From: Candidatus Berkelbacteria bacterium | GTDB lineage: Bacteria > Patescibacteriota > UBA1384 > JACPKC01 | DNA: 64,000 nt | Direction of reading: 5' to 3' | Assembly (NCBI GenBank): GCA_016187225.1 | Contig: JACPKC010000007.1 | Location: 7,654-71,653 of the forward strand | Shown: positions 28,162 to 38,266 of the stretch, in pieces | Layout of the letters: the number at the start of each line of letters is the position of its first letter | Numbering within the stretch: position 1 is the stretch's first letter | Notes under the pieces: model-generated | Database searches by the model: none | Told to the model about the DNA's origin: nothing | Seen by the model: the letters and a program-made list of their open reading frames with translations, nothing else | Position numbers and translations under genes: made by a program

Positions 28162-30054
28162 TCAAACTTCAATCACAACTGGAATAATCATCGGCTGACG
28201 TTGGGTGTATTCATATAAAAACTTGACAAGATCATCGCGGAGCGCGCGTTTGACGTACTCCCAATCCAACGGTGAGTTTTTACTATGCCGATCAAATAAT
28301 TGCTTGATTTCATGGCGCGCTTTAATGATTAAACCTTTGGCATCGCGCATATACACAAAGCCGCGCGAAATAATATCCGGGCTTGAGATAAGTGTGCCTT
28401 TGCGTTTATCAACCGTTAAAATAACCATAAAAATCCCTTCCTGCGCCATTGCCTGTCGATCGCGAAGCACGATGTTGCCCACATCTCCGATCCCCAGACC
28501 ATCAATCATGACATAGTTGGCCTGAATTTTTTCCGCCCAGCGCGCTTGGCCTTTTTCCACTTCGAACACCGAACCGTTCTCGCCAACAAAGATGTTCGCC
28601 CCCGGCACACCCATTTGAAGTGCAATCTTGGCGTGCGCCTTGAGCATTCGGTATTCGCCGTGAATCGGAATAAAATACTTCGGCTTGAGCATCGCGATCA
28701 TCATCTTAAGCTCTTCCTGCTTAGCATGCCCCGAAGTATGAATGTCCAGCTCGCCGCCATAAACAACCTCGGCGCCCTGGCGAAAAAGATTGTCGATCGT
28801 TTCGTGAATCGCATGCTCATTCCCAGGAATTCTTGAAGCCGAAATAATCACCGTGTCGCCCTTAGTCAACTTGACTTGTCGGTGCTCGCCCGAAGCCATT
28901 CGCACAAGCGCGGAATACTCTTCGCCCTGCGAACCAGTTGAAATAATAGTTAACTGGCTAGGCGGAATATTGGCGATACTCCGAATATCGACAAAGATAT
29001 CTTTAGGCGCATTTACATAGCCGAGTTTCAAACAAACATTGACGTTGCGCTCCATCGAGCGGCCGGAAACCGCGACCTTGCGGCCATATTTAGCTGAAAG
29101 ATTAATTGCAATTTGAATGCGATTGATATTCGAGGCAAACGAACTCATGATAATCCGTCCGGCCGCTTTTTCACGAAATATTTTCTCAATATCCATACTC
29201 ACTACACGTTCGGAGATTGTATAGCCGGGGATTTCGGCGTTGGTTGAGTCGTTCATGTGCAAAAGCACGCCCTGCTCACTCATCGAAATCAACTTGGCGT
29301 AATCTGAAGGCTCGCCCCAAATTGGCGTATGATCAAATTTCCAATCGGTCGTGTAGGCGATTAACCCCTCGGGCGTGTCGATCGCCAGTCCGACGTTGTC
29401 GGGAATGGTGTGGGTGAGCGTAAAGAGATCGATTTTAAAGACTCCAAATATGAGACGACTTCGCGCTTTCACAACGCTAACGCTGGCTTTGATATCGTGT
29501 TCCTTAAATTTCGCCTCAATGAGCGCCGCTGTCAGCGGCAAACCGTAAAGCGGAATGCCTTGCAGGCGAGGATAGATGTAGGGAATGGCCGAAACATGAT
29601 CCTCGTGGCCGTGCGTGAAGATAATCGCCCGGACTTTATGTCGATTTTCGAGAAGATAGGTAATGTCGGGAATAACAAGATCGATGCCTGGCATTTGATC
29701 GGACGGGAAGAGCCCGCCAGCATCAACAACAATAATATCGTTGCCATATTCAAAGGCCGTCATATTCATTCCCACTTCCGAGAGACCGCCGAGGGGGATC
29801 ACGCGGAGTTTAGTTTGCGGCGCCGCATACACGCGGCGCGCCAAGGCAGTTTGAGCACGCAGGGCAATGCCAGGCGTTTCCGGTTTTTGTTGCATGCGCT
29901 GTTTAGGCGGTCGGATCCTGATTTGACGCCCCGGTCGCCGTTCCGGCGCTGTTTTAGGTTGAGGCTTCGGACGCATCGGTCGGCCAGCGCTTAGCTGGCT
30001 TGCGCGCGGCGCGCGCGCTGGTTGTTTAGAAGCGTGATATGCAGTTAATGCCAT
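28162..30054 (-). CDS. rnj: Ribonuclease J
   Basis: PLGGLSEVGMN, THGHEDH, DSTNA, TGSQGE, HTSGHA, PIHGE; basic N-terminal extension. Confidence 0.96.
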   Translation of the reverse strand: MALTAYHASKQPARAPRASQLSAGRPMRPKPQPKTAPERRPGRQIRIRPPKQRMQQKPETPGIALRAQTALARRVYAAPQTKLRVIPLGGLSEVGMNMTAFEYGNDIIVVDAGGLFPSDQMPGIDLVIPDITYLLENRHKVRAIIFTHGHEDHVSAIPYIYPRLQGIPLYGLPLTAALIEAKFKEHDIKASVSVVKARSRLIFGVFKIDLFTLTHTIPDNVGLAIDTPEGLIAYTTDWKFDHTPIWGEPSDYAKLISMSEQGVLLHMNDSTNAEIPGYTISERVVSMDIEKIFREKAAGRIIMSSFASNINRIQIAINLSAKYGRKVAVSGRSMERNVNVCLKLGYVNAPKDIFVDIRSIANIPPSQLTIISTGSQGEEYSALVRMASGEHRQVKLTKGDTVIISASRIPGNEHAIHETIDNLFRQGAEVVYGGELDIHTSGHAKQEELKMMIAMLKPKYFIPIHGEYRMLKAHAKIALQMGVPGANIFVGENGSVFEVEKGQARWAEKIQANYVMIDGLGIGDVGNIVLRDRQAMAQEGIFMVILTVDKRKGTLISSPDIISRGFVYMRDAKGLIIKARHEIKQLFDRHSKNSPLDWEYVKRALRDDLVKFLYEYTQRQPMIIPVVIEV

Positions 30055-30090
30055 ATAATTTTAGTTTCCTTTCAATATTAGGATTCATCT

Positions 30091-30684
30091 TTATAAACTG
30101 GCCTGCGTGACAGCCAAAACTTTATAAATGACTTGAAAATCCTGTCGAATTTGTTCTTTTAATTCCTCTTTGTGTAAACCGGCGGCGGGATGAAAAAGCG
30201 CGACATACCATTGATGAGGCGCGTCAGTTGCCGGATTTGGACGATCAAAAGCTTGACCATGAACGATTGAAATTGGCCCGACGTCGGGTAAAAACTTACT
30301 TTTTGAGTGGCGACCCAAGGTAACAATGACCTTCGGCTGAAGAAGCTGAATTTGAGCGGCAAGATACGGCCAACACGCATCGAGTTCTTCTGGCAAGGGA
30401 TCCCGATTGCCTGGTGGCCGAGCGTGTACCATGTTGGTAATAAAGACATCTTTTCGTTCTAAATTAACCGAAGCAAGCATCTCTTCCAAAAATTCGCCAG
30501 CGGCGCCGACAAATGGTCGTCCAAGTTGATCCTCGTGAAAACCTGGCGCCTCACCGATAAACATAACCTTTGCTCGCGCATTCCCTTCTCCCGGGACAAC
30601 TCTAGTTTGGTCTGTGCATAAGCCGCACGATCGACACTGGCGCATCGCGGCCGCTACATCTTCGAGCGACTGATAAGCAATCAT
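30091..30684 (-). CDS. Uracil-DNA glycosylase family 4
   Basis: CRSCGL, GEAPG, GRPFVG, RPPGNRDP, HPAA. Confidence 0.93.
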   Translation of the reverse strand: MIAYQSLEDVAAAMRQCRSCGLCTDQTRVVPGEGNARAKVMFIGEAPGFHEDQLGRPFVGAAGEFLEEMLASVNLERKDVFITNMVHARPPGNRDPLPEELDACWPYLAAQIQLLQPKVIVTLGRHSKSKFLPDVGPISIVHGQAFDRPNPATDAPHQWYVALFHPAAGLHKEELKEQIRQDFQVIYKVLAVTQASL

Positions 30685-30807
30685 TTAGAGAACTCTTCAA
30701 GAAGAAGGTAAGTTTAGCACCGATGACTGTAATTGTCAAATTTCTGTGGGTTCGTCATAGAAATTTTCCCGTTTTTTTAGATTGAAGTAATTAGAAGTCT
30801 TTTTACT

Positions 30808-30891
30808 TCATTTTGATAGAAATAATTCACCTTTATCATTAAAAATCATTGCTCCTACCGAAACCCCAATATAATTGAGCCCCTTTTTCAT
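30808..30891 (-). pseudogene. NUDIX hydrolase N-terminal fragment
   Basis: MKKGLNYIGVSVGAMIFNDKGELFLSK then a stop; no Nudix box follows. Confidence 0.55.
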
Positions 30892-30932
30892 TGCTTCATT
30901 CCACAAAACCAATATTCCTTTCTCACAAGCGG

Positions 30933-32960
30933 CTAGTCTCCTGGGTGAAAAGTAGGATCGTTGTAGCGTTCTCGACCTCGAATGACATCTCGTCGATATC
31001 GATCTCCGATAGGAGTTACAGCAGAATGCAATTCTTGATCCAAAGCCATTAATTCGTGCGTCAGATTTCCCGACCATAAAATGCCGGGATCGAGGTTCGT
31101 CGTGGCTCGGTAGTGACGTGTTAGCTCGACAACTTGTTGAGTAATGCGCTGTGTCAATAATTGAGCGGCAGTTCGATTATCCTGATTGGCAAGTTGGTCA
31201 AGAAACGAATCAACCTCATTTTTGTCGTAGTGGTTAGGCGCCGCAGTTAATTCGTGAAATCGAATCAGCGCCTGGACCAGGGAATCACTTGGAAAATTCG
31301 CTTGTCGTTCATATGACATGTTCTGGAGCTGTTTGAAACCCTTATGGTCTAGCCAGCAGAGGAGCTGAACCAATGTAGGCGACATTCCAGTTGTGCCACT
31401 TTTATTCGCATAGGTCAATTTCGTATTCACATCCTCAATCAGATGGGCCAGCGCGCCATTGTTTGTTTTTGCATCACTGATGAGCCGATCGAACGCTTTG
31501 TCGCCAAATACTGGTGGTTCGTAGGGAGTCGGTTCGGTATTCTGCACGAGTCGTCGGAGCACATCGATGGCGGGTATTTTAGTAGTGGACGCAGAATCAT
31601 CGCTATTCCATTCATGAACATCTTGATCGACGAGAAGGTCATAGCTTGCTCGGTCAAGAAGTAAATCCTTCTTTTTATTATCGTATTCGGAACTATTCCC
31701 GCTAAAGTAGGAGGTTTTTGGAACGATCTCCTCTATCTTAGAACTGTCTCCACTCTCGTAGTAGTAAACCATGGCGGCCAGCATATCGTGGACGTATGGA
31801 CGTTGATCATGGATGAAATCTCGTAGAATACCGAAAAGCGGCATAATACTTAGAGCATCCAGTCGATTTTGCTCAAAGCGACTTTTGTCCAGCGTCGGAA
31901 TCGTTCGAGCAATGACCATGCGCTCATTCACATGGAGCGGATCGGCTTTTGTGACTTGCGTCTGCACTAAAAAGTCTCCAATCCCAAAATCGCCGCGACG
32001 CATACCCCATTGATTCCTCGCTTCCTGCAATAACGCAACATCTGGATGTCTCGCAATCATTTTGGGAAACAATTGCTCGCGGAATCCCTGAATAATCTCG
32101 GCGGTCATCGGGTGGTTCCTTGTATACATCCGAATTACGTCAAGCATGGATTTGCATAACTCTTCTTCGGTAGTGAGAGAAACGGCCTCGGCGGCAAGTT
32201 CTGTTACTGACTGTAATAGCGAGGCGTCGCCAATGCACCAAACTGTCTCGAGGAGATGTGGAGCGAAGTTCGTGAATGATTTACTTGCAAGTACCTCGGG
32301 TGGTTGCTCGTTAAGCTGTTCTTGCCATACAATCCCAGCTACCAGGAATTCAGAGAATCGTTGCGGAGAATATTGGGTTGAAATTTTGCTCGGAAGATTC
32401 AGTAAACCCAATGCCTGATTCAGGCGTTCTCTTCGAGTCTCCAAGTCTAAAGTCGCCGATAAGAAACGCTCGGCATACTGATCAACGAATTTGAGAATTG
32501 AGTGTTTTGTCTCCGGATTCTTTAATAGTCGGGTAGCGGCTTCGACGTCGAAAGAATTTGCAGGCGCATCACGCCAAGTTTCCTTTTTCCAATCATAACG
32601 AGGCGAACGAAGTTTCGACGTAACAGTCATCACGTCGATAAAATCTCCCTCGCTCATCCCAGTAGCTGCTTCTGCAATTTTCCGACGCTCATTCTCATCT
32701 GTCCCAACATTAGGAAACCGATCCTTCATGAGCTGTTCAAACGGAGAGAATAGTCGTGTTTCAATCTTTGGGATCTCGGTTTGAGCCTCGCCCCATGTGC
32801 TGAATTCGGAAAAATTAATAGCCTTTTCAGGGTGAGTTTGAACATAATCGAGCCCTACCCAGTCATCATCTTCATCCAAACGATCATTTTTAATCGTTTT
32901 AGGAGTATGTGAATCTTTTGCTTTATCTGAAAAATTAAATTCCTCATTTATCTGCATCAT
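30933..32960 (-). CDS. Large hypothetical alpha-helical protein
   Basis: About 675 aa uninterrupted ORF, AGGTGAG RBS before the MMQ start; no recognisable motif. Confidence 0.8.
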   Translation of the reverse strand: MMQINEEFNFSDKAKDSHTPKTIKNDRLDEDDDWVGLDYVQTHPEKAINFSEFSTWGEAQTEIPKIETRLFSPFEQLMKDRFPNVGTDENERRKIAEAATGMSEGDFIDVMTVTSKLRSPRYDWKKETWRDAPANSFDVEAATRLLKNPETKHSILKFVDQYAERFLSATLDLETRRERLNQALGLLNLPSKISTQYSPQRFSEFLVAGIVWQEQLNEQPPEVLASKSFTNFAPHLLETVWCIGDASLLQSVTELAAEAVSLTTEEELCKSMLDVIRMYTRNHPMTAEIIQGFREQLFPKMIARHPDVALLQEARNQWGMRRGDFGIGDFLVQTQVTKADPLHVNERMVIARTIPTLDKSRFEQNRLDALSIMPLFGILRDFIHDQRPYVHDMLAAMVYYYESGDSSKIEEIVPKTSYFSGNSSEYDNKKKDLLLDRASYDLLVDQDVHEWNSDDSASTTKIPAIDVLRRLVQNTEPTPYEPPVFGDKAFDRLISDAKTNNGALAHLIEDVNTKLTYANKSGTTGMSPTLVQLLCWLDHKGFKQLQNMSYERQANFPSDSLVQALIRFHELTAAPNHYDKNEVDSFLDQLANQDNRTAAQLLTQRITQQVVELTRHYRATTNLDPGILWSGNLTHELMALDQELHSAVTPIGDRYRRDVIRGRERYNDPTFHPGD

Positions 32961-33106
32961 CTCACCTATTATAAGCATAAGCACGGGGAAGTTTATGTTA
33001 CGTAGGATTCAAATTATTGCAATAATTTTAGCCGCTCCTTTGAGACTGCTAGAGGAAATCGGATTGTTGCGGTCAATCCAACACTAAATGTCGGCATTCT
33101 ACAAAG

Positions 33107-33191
33107 ACTTTCTCACTTTCATCATTACGAGGAACCAAGGGCGACGAAGCAATCTAGTAGAATAGGATCACCACGCTTCGCTCGCAATGAC
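33107..33191. repeat. Palindromic dispersed repeat (GTCATTGCGAG...CTCGCAATGAC type)
   Basis: 33123-33191 aligns with 60074-60141; 33107-33131 matches 22508-22532 at 24/25. Confidence 0.8.
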
Positions 33192-33235
33192 ATCAAATTT
33201 TACTCGAGACCATTAAAAATCCTCTTTCAATGGTC

Positions 33236-35368
33236 TTATTCTGCTTGTTTGATCGACAAACCGATTCGGCCACGTTCGGAGTCAAGTTCGAGCACTTTGA
33301 CACGAACCTTATCGCCAACCTTCAATCGACTTGAGACGTCGGGAATCCGCTCGTTAGCCACTTCTGAAATATGTACCATCCCGACTTTGCCGGGCAAAAT
33401 TTCAACCAGAGCTCCAATCTCCTGACCGCTCATTCTGTTTTTTTGAATCGAGGTGACTGTGCCAGTGTATGTTTTACCAACTTCGGCCTCAACGACTTGC
33501 GCCTCAATGAGCTCAACAGCCTTGCGGCCAAATTCGGCGTTCGTCGAGGTTACCATGACCGTGCCATCTTCTTCAATATCAATTTGAGTAATAACTTTGC
33601 CGCCCGAAAGCTCGATAATTTTGTTGATATTTTTGCCGCCCGGACCAATGAGATCGCCAATTTTATCTTGAGGAATCTTAACTGTCAAAATACGCGGCGC
33701 ATATTCGGAAAGTTCAGAGCGCGGAGCGGGTAGGACCGAAAGCATGTGTTCGAGCACTTTGAGACGAGCGGTTTGGGCGCGCGCGAGCGCTTCTTGAATA
33801 ATCAGCAAGGTTAAACCCTTAACTTTCATATCAAGTTGAATGGCGGTGACGCCGTTCTTTGTGCCGGTTACCTTGAAATCCATATCGCCGCCAAAATCTT
33901 CGATACCTTGAATATCAGTCAGAAGCTGATAGCGCACAGAGGAATCTTCATTGAAACCTTCTTCGGTCACAAGACCGATCGCGATGCCTGCCACCGGCTC
34001 TTTAATCGGCACGCCGGCATCCATGAGCGCCAGAATCGTTCCGCAGGTGGCCGCCATCGACGATGAACCATTTGACGAGAGCACTTCCGAAACAACGCGA
34101 ATTGTATAAGGGAAACCTTCTCGATCAGGAATAATCGGCTCAACAGCGCGTTCAGCGAGCGCGCCATGACCAATTTCCCGTCGGCCAGCGCCGCGCATCG
34201 GCCGCACCTCGCCAACCGAATAGGGAGGGAAATTATAGTGGTGCATAAAACGCTTTTCGCCCTCAAGCTCCATCGTATCGATGAGCTGTTCGGCCCCTGG
34301 CCCAGCCAGCGTTGCAATCGAAAGCACTTGGGTGTCACCGCGAGTAAAAAGCGCCGAACCATGTGTGCGCGGCAAAAAATGCGGCTCCGAAGAAAGCGGC
34401 CTGATTTCGTCGAGCTGGCGGCCATCTGGGCGCACGCCGTCTGCCAAAATCACTTGGCGAAATTCTTTTTCAAGAAGTTGTGTGAAGGCGCCTTTAATAT
34501 CCATCTGTTTGTAATTGCCCTCAAAAGTTGAGAGCGCTTCAGTTTCGTATTCCTTCACCATCTGTTCTCGTTTCGCTCGATCAAGTTCGCGCACCGCTTG
34601 CGCCAAACGTTCGCCAAGATGACTCTTAAGCTCAACATGGATGTCAGTGCCTTCAAGCGTGACGTCAACACTCGCTGACTCTTCCTTGTGATAATCTTTT
34701 TTGATTTGAGCTTGAAGCGCAAAAAGCGGTTGCATTGCCTGGTGCGCGGCCGCAATCGCTTCCAGAATGCGTGTTTCAGGCACTTGGTCGGCGCCCGCTT
34801 CAAGCATCATAATCCGCTCTTCCTTGGCGCCCACAACTAAATCGAGCGGGCTTTGAGCCTGTTCCGGCATCGTCGGATTAAAAATGAACTGCCCTTCTTT
34901 TTCACCCACTCGAAAACCAACGATCGGACCCTGGAACGGTGCGCTACTCATCATGAGAGCGGTCGAGGCGCCGAACATGGCCAACATATCCGGATCCTGT
35001 TCGCCATCCATTGCAAGCACGGTCGCAATCACCTGCACATCGTTGCGATAACCCTTGGGAAAGAGCGGTCGAATTGTCCGATCGATCAAACGAGCATTCA
35101 AAACAGCGTTGTCGGTTGGTCGACCCTCGCGTTTAATAAAACGTGAGCCGCTGATCTTGCCAGCGGCGTACAGGCGTTCTTCGTAGTCAACGATCAAGGG
35201 GAAAAAGTCAACGCCTTCTCGGGGTTCATCGGCAACCACGACTGTCACCAAGACCGCGGTTCCGCCCAAACGCACCACCACGGCGGAATCAGCTCGTTCG
35301 GCAACGTGACTCGCGGTTAAAGAAATTTCTTTATCGCCAAAATCAGCGGTATATTCTTTGCGTTCCAT
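33236..35368 (-). CDS. pnp: Polyribonucleotide nucleotidyltransferase
   Basis: DFFPL, RLIDRTIRPLF, RREIGHGALAE, SNGSSSMA, DMDFKV, KH (IGPGGK) and S1 domains. Confidence 0.99.
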   Translation of the reverse strand: MERKEYTADFGDKEISLTASHVAERADSAVVVRLGGTAVLVTVVVADEPREGVDFFPLIVDYEERLYAAGKISGSRFIKREGRPTDNAVLNARLIDRTIRPLFPKGYRNDVQVIATVLAMDGEQDPDMLAMFGASTALMMSSAPFQGPIVGFRVGEKEGQFIFNPTMPEQAQSPLDLVVGAKEERIMMLEAGADQVPETRILEAIAAAHQAMQPLFALQAQIKKDYHKEESASVDVTLEGTDIHVELKSHLGERLAQAVRELDRAKREQMVKEYETEALSTFEGNYKQMDIKGAFTQLLEKEFRQVILADGVRPDGRQLDEIRPLSSEPHFLPRTHGSALFTRGDTQVLSIATLAGPGAEQLIDTMELEGEKRFMHHYNFPPYSVGEVRPMRGAGRREIGHGALAERAVEPIIPDREGFPYTIRVVSEVLSSNGSSSMAATCGTILALMDAGVPIKEPVAGIAIGLVTEEGFNEDSSVRYQLLTDIQGIEDFGGDMDFKVTGTKNGVTAIQLDMKVKGLTLLIIQEALARAQTARLKVLEHMLSVLPAPRSELSEYAPRILTVKIPQDKIGDLIGPGGKNINKIIELSGGKVITQIDIEEDGTVMVTSTNAEFGRKAVELIEAQVVEAEVGKTYTGTVTSIQKNRMSGQEIGALVEILPGKVGMVHISEVANERIPDVSSRLKVGDKVRVKVLELDSERGRIGLSIKQAE

Positions 35369-35381
35369 AATATTTAGTCAG

Positions 35382-35479
35382 TGATCAATAATTAGTTGTC
35401 TGCCGCAATCAGTGAAAGTTATTTTCGCAATGATCAATAATTAGTTGTCTGCCGCAATCAGTGAAAGTTATTTTCGCAA
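35382..35479. repeat. Perfect 49-bp tandem duplication at the rpsO 3' end
   Basis: TGATCAATAATTAGTTGTCTGCCGCAATCAGTGAAAGTTATTTTCGCAA at 35382-35430 and 35431-35479. Confidence 0.95.
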
Positions 35480-35833
35480 TTTTAGATCTACGATCATTTT
35501 TTTATAACCTGCTTCGTTAGTGCGCCCCAAATAGTTCAAGAGTCGGCGACGCTTGCCAAGCATAATTAAAAGACCGCGCCGCGAATCATTATCTTTCAGA
35601 TGTTTTTTGAGGTGCTTAGTAAGTTCGGTAATTTGCTGACTCACTCGAGCAATCTGAACTTCGGTTGAACCAGTATCATTTTCATGGCTCTGATATTTGG
35701 CGATGAGCTGATCGCTGGCGCTCACTCGAGGCGTAATTGCTTTGGCAGTTTTTGAGGTTTTAGCAAGCGCTTTTGAAGTCTTTTTAGTGGTTGTGAGCGC
35801 GGTCATTTTCTTCTCGATCTTTTGAATTGCCAT
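35468..35833 (-). CDS. rpsO: 30S ribosomal protein S15 with Lys/Thr/Ala-rich N-terminal extension
   Basis: DTGSTEVQIA, HLKDNDSRRGL, RRRLLNYL; upstream of pnp; exact start uncertain. Confidence 0.95.
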   Translation of the reverse strand: MAIQKIEKKMTALTTTKKTSKALAKTSKTAKAITPRVSASDQLIAKYQSHENDTGSTEVQIARVSQQITELTKHLKKHLKDNDSRRGLLIMLGKRRRLLNYLGRTNEAGYKKMIVDLKLRK

Positions 35834-35920
35834 AATCTTTACTCCACATGTTTAAGTTTACGAGTGTAACATGTTTCGATCACTTACACAATCAGCCTTA
35901 TTGAAAGTATCCCTTCTTCT

Positions 35921-37195
35921 TTATTCGCCCACAAGGCTTGCTTGACGCGCTTTGAGGCTGGCGAGATCGGGAATTCTAGACTCGACCGCAACATCTTTAG
36001 GCAGGCTCGCCGCGCTCGAACCAGAGCGTTGAAAAGCTCGAATTTTCTCAATCACCTCTTCTTCATTATCAACGAGCGAACCGTTCTGAACCCGGAAAGC
36101 CGCCGCCATCTCATGTCCGCCGCCGCCAAAAAGCTCCGCAATTTTTGACACTGAAACTTCTTTATTGACACCGCGCAAACTCCCATTGAGGGCAAGCTGT
36201 TTTTCTGACAAGAGCAAGGCAAAATCGATATTCGGCACGGTTTTGAGAAGCTCGTCGATCACGCCCGCGGTTTCCGATTCAGTTGCTCCAAAGGCGCTAA
36301 AATCCGAGGCGCTGGCTGTTGACCAGATAAAGCGATGCTCGCGATCCTCGCGAATGTTGGCAAGAATTTTACCCCAGAGTTTCAAAGTTGAGAGCGGTTT
36401 GGTTTTGTAGATGTGCTGAACGATCTCTTGCTGGCGGGCGCCCGCCGCCACCAATTGAGCCGCGACTGTAAAGGATTTGGGTGTTGTGTTGGTGTTCTGA
36501 AAAGAGCCGGTGTCAGTTGTAATGCCAGTTAAGAGCAAGGTCGCGATATCGGCATCGAGCAAGGAGCCACTCTTAGCGCTCGCGCTTTCTTTAAGCATTG
36601 AGGTCAACGCCTCCAAGAGTGAAACTAAAATTTCAGCGGTGCTGGTGGCGGCAAGATCAACCCAATTTACTTTTCCGAAATAATCATTGCCCGGATGGTG
36701 ATCGATATTAATGATTGGTGTTTCATAAAACAAATTCGCATGATTTTGGTAAACTGGCCCGAGTCGCTCAACATCGTTGGTGTCGAGCACGATAATTAGA
36801 TCAGCCGTTGAGCTCCCGCCACTGAATGAGAAAAGTTCAGGCGTAATCTGGCCGCGCGAAGGCTTGATAACAATATTGAGTTTTTTGGCCTCGGGGTAAT
36901 TTTTATAGCCGAGTTTATCGACGTCAACGGTGGTTGTATTGAGCGTAATTGTAAACTCATTGCCGCCATCGCTCACCTGATTGGTGATCTCCAAAACATT
37001 GGGCAAAAAGTTCATAATTGACGGCGCTTTGTCAGAGCAAATCGGTTGAACTGTTTTGCCGAGTTTGCGCAGAGCAAGTGTGAGGGCAAGCATCGAGCCA
37101 ATTCCATCGCCATCCGGATTCTGGTGCGTAAAAATGACAATTTTGTTCGCGCGGCGGATCAAGTCGATGGCAAGTTGTTTCGGAGTTGGTTCCAT
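35921..37195 (-). CDS. DHH/DHHA1 phosphoesterase (NrnA-like)
   Basis: HQNPDGDGIGS, LD, IDHH, DTGSF, GGGGH; ATG 37195. Confidence 0.92.
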   Translation of the reverse strand: MEPTPKQLAIDLIRRANKIVIFTHQNPDGDGIGSMLALTLALRKLGKTVQPICSDKAPSIMNFLPNVLEITNQVSDGGNEFTITLNTTTVDVDKLGYKNYPEAKKLNIVIKPSRGQITPELFSFSGGSSTADLIIVLDTNDVERLGPVYQNHANLFYETPIINIDHHPGNDYFGKVNWVDLAATSTAEILVSLLEALTSMLKESASAKSGSLLDADIATLLLTGITTDTGSFQNTNTTPKSFTVAAQLVAAGARQQEIVQHIYKTKPLSTLKLWGKILANIREDREHRFIWSTASASDFSAFGATESETAGVIDELLKTVPNIDFALLLSEKQLALNGSLRGVNKEVSVSKIAELFGGGGHEMAAAFRVQNGSLVDNEEEVIEKIRAFQRSGSSAASLPKDVAVESRIPDLASLKARQASLVGE

Positions 37196-37329
37196 AAAAA
37201 TGAATAATCGCCCCTCCGCTCCAACTGATATAAGCCGCTCATCGTAGAGAACTTGTCCGAAACTGTCAACGGCGACTAACATGCCAGCTCTTGCTAAAAA
37301 TGCAATCATAAGATAAGGTTTTGAGCATT

Positions 37330-37608
37330 ATGCCGAATACAGCATCAGCTAAAAAAGCCTTGGGTCAAGATCGACGGCGGGCGATTCAAAATCTAACGGC
37401 CCGCACGCAACTTAAACGCGCCCTCAAAAGCGTAAACTCCGAAAGTCTATCGCAAACAGTTTCATTCCTCGATAAAGCAGTCAAACGCAACTTGATTCAC
37501 AAAAACCGAGTGGCGCGAATCAAAGCGCGACTTTCAAAAACACTTGGCATTGCTAAGAGCAAACGCGCCGGCGCCGCTAGTAAAAAACGCCTGCGCGCAA
37601 AAGCTTGA
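37330..37608 (+). CDS. rpsT: 30S ribosomal protein S20
   Basis: MPNTASAKKAL...LDKAVKRNLIHKNRVARIKARL. Confidence 0.93.
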   Translation: MPNTASAKKALGQDRRRAIQNLTARTQLKRALKSVNSESLSQTVSFLDKAVKRNLIHKNRVARIKARLSKTLGIAKSKRAGAASKKRLRAKA

Positions 37609-37624
37609 TTGCTATAATGAACGC

Positions 37625-38251
37625 GTGCACTCTCCAAACGCGTTTCCCAATCTAAATTCTCAAGCACCAGTCGCTCTGCCGGAAACAAATTTAGGCGAGC
37701 GTATTTTAGGTTCGGAAAAACTTTACAAGCGTCTAAGTTATGGCTTTGAGCTTTTGCGAGGGGTTTTAATTCTCGTCATCCTCACAACACTCGTGCATCT
37801 CTTTGTGGCTACGGTTTTTCGCATCAGCGGCGAGAGCATGTTACCCAATTTCCAAGATGGGCAATTCATTTTAATCGATCGAATCAGCTATAATCTGCAT
37901 CCGCCAACCCGAGGCGACGTGATTGTTTTGCGCTTTCCTGGCGACGCGAACCGGCGCAAATTCATCAAGCGGATTGTCGGGATGCCCGGCGAGAAGATTG
38001 AGATCAAACAGGGCAAAGTTTTCGCCAACGATGTGCCGCTGGTGGAATATTATCTGCCCGCCGATTTCATGAGCTACCCCGATTTAGTCAAAGTTTTGCG
38101 CTCGGATGAGGTCTTTGTCATGGGCGACAATCGCCCAAATTCAAACGATTCTCGCTTCTTTGGCCCGCTCCCGATGGATCGAATCATCGGCAAATCACAG
38201 GCAATTCTTTCCGGCAAGGCCTTCGGCTGGATTGCCCAACCGGCGTTTTAG
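37625..38251 (+). CDS. lepB: Signal peptidase I
   Basis: SGESMLP, RGDVIV, FIKRIVGMPGE, MGDNRPNSNDSRFFG; probable GTG start just after TATAAT (37613-37618). Confidence 0.93.
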   Translation: MHSPNAFPNLNSQAPVALPETNLGERILGSEKLYKRLSYGFELLRGVLILVILTTLVHLFVATVFRISGESMLPNFQDGQFILIDRISYNLHPPTRGDVIVLRFPGDANRRKFIKRIVGMPGEKIEIKQGKVFANDVPLVEYYLPADFMSYPDLVKVLRSDEVFVMGDNRPNSNDSRFFGPLPMDRIIGKSQAILSGKAFGWIAQPAF

Positions 38252-38266
38252 AGAATCCTACATTTG

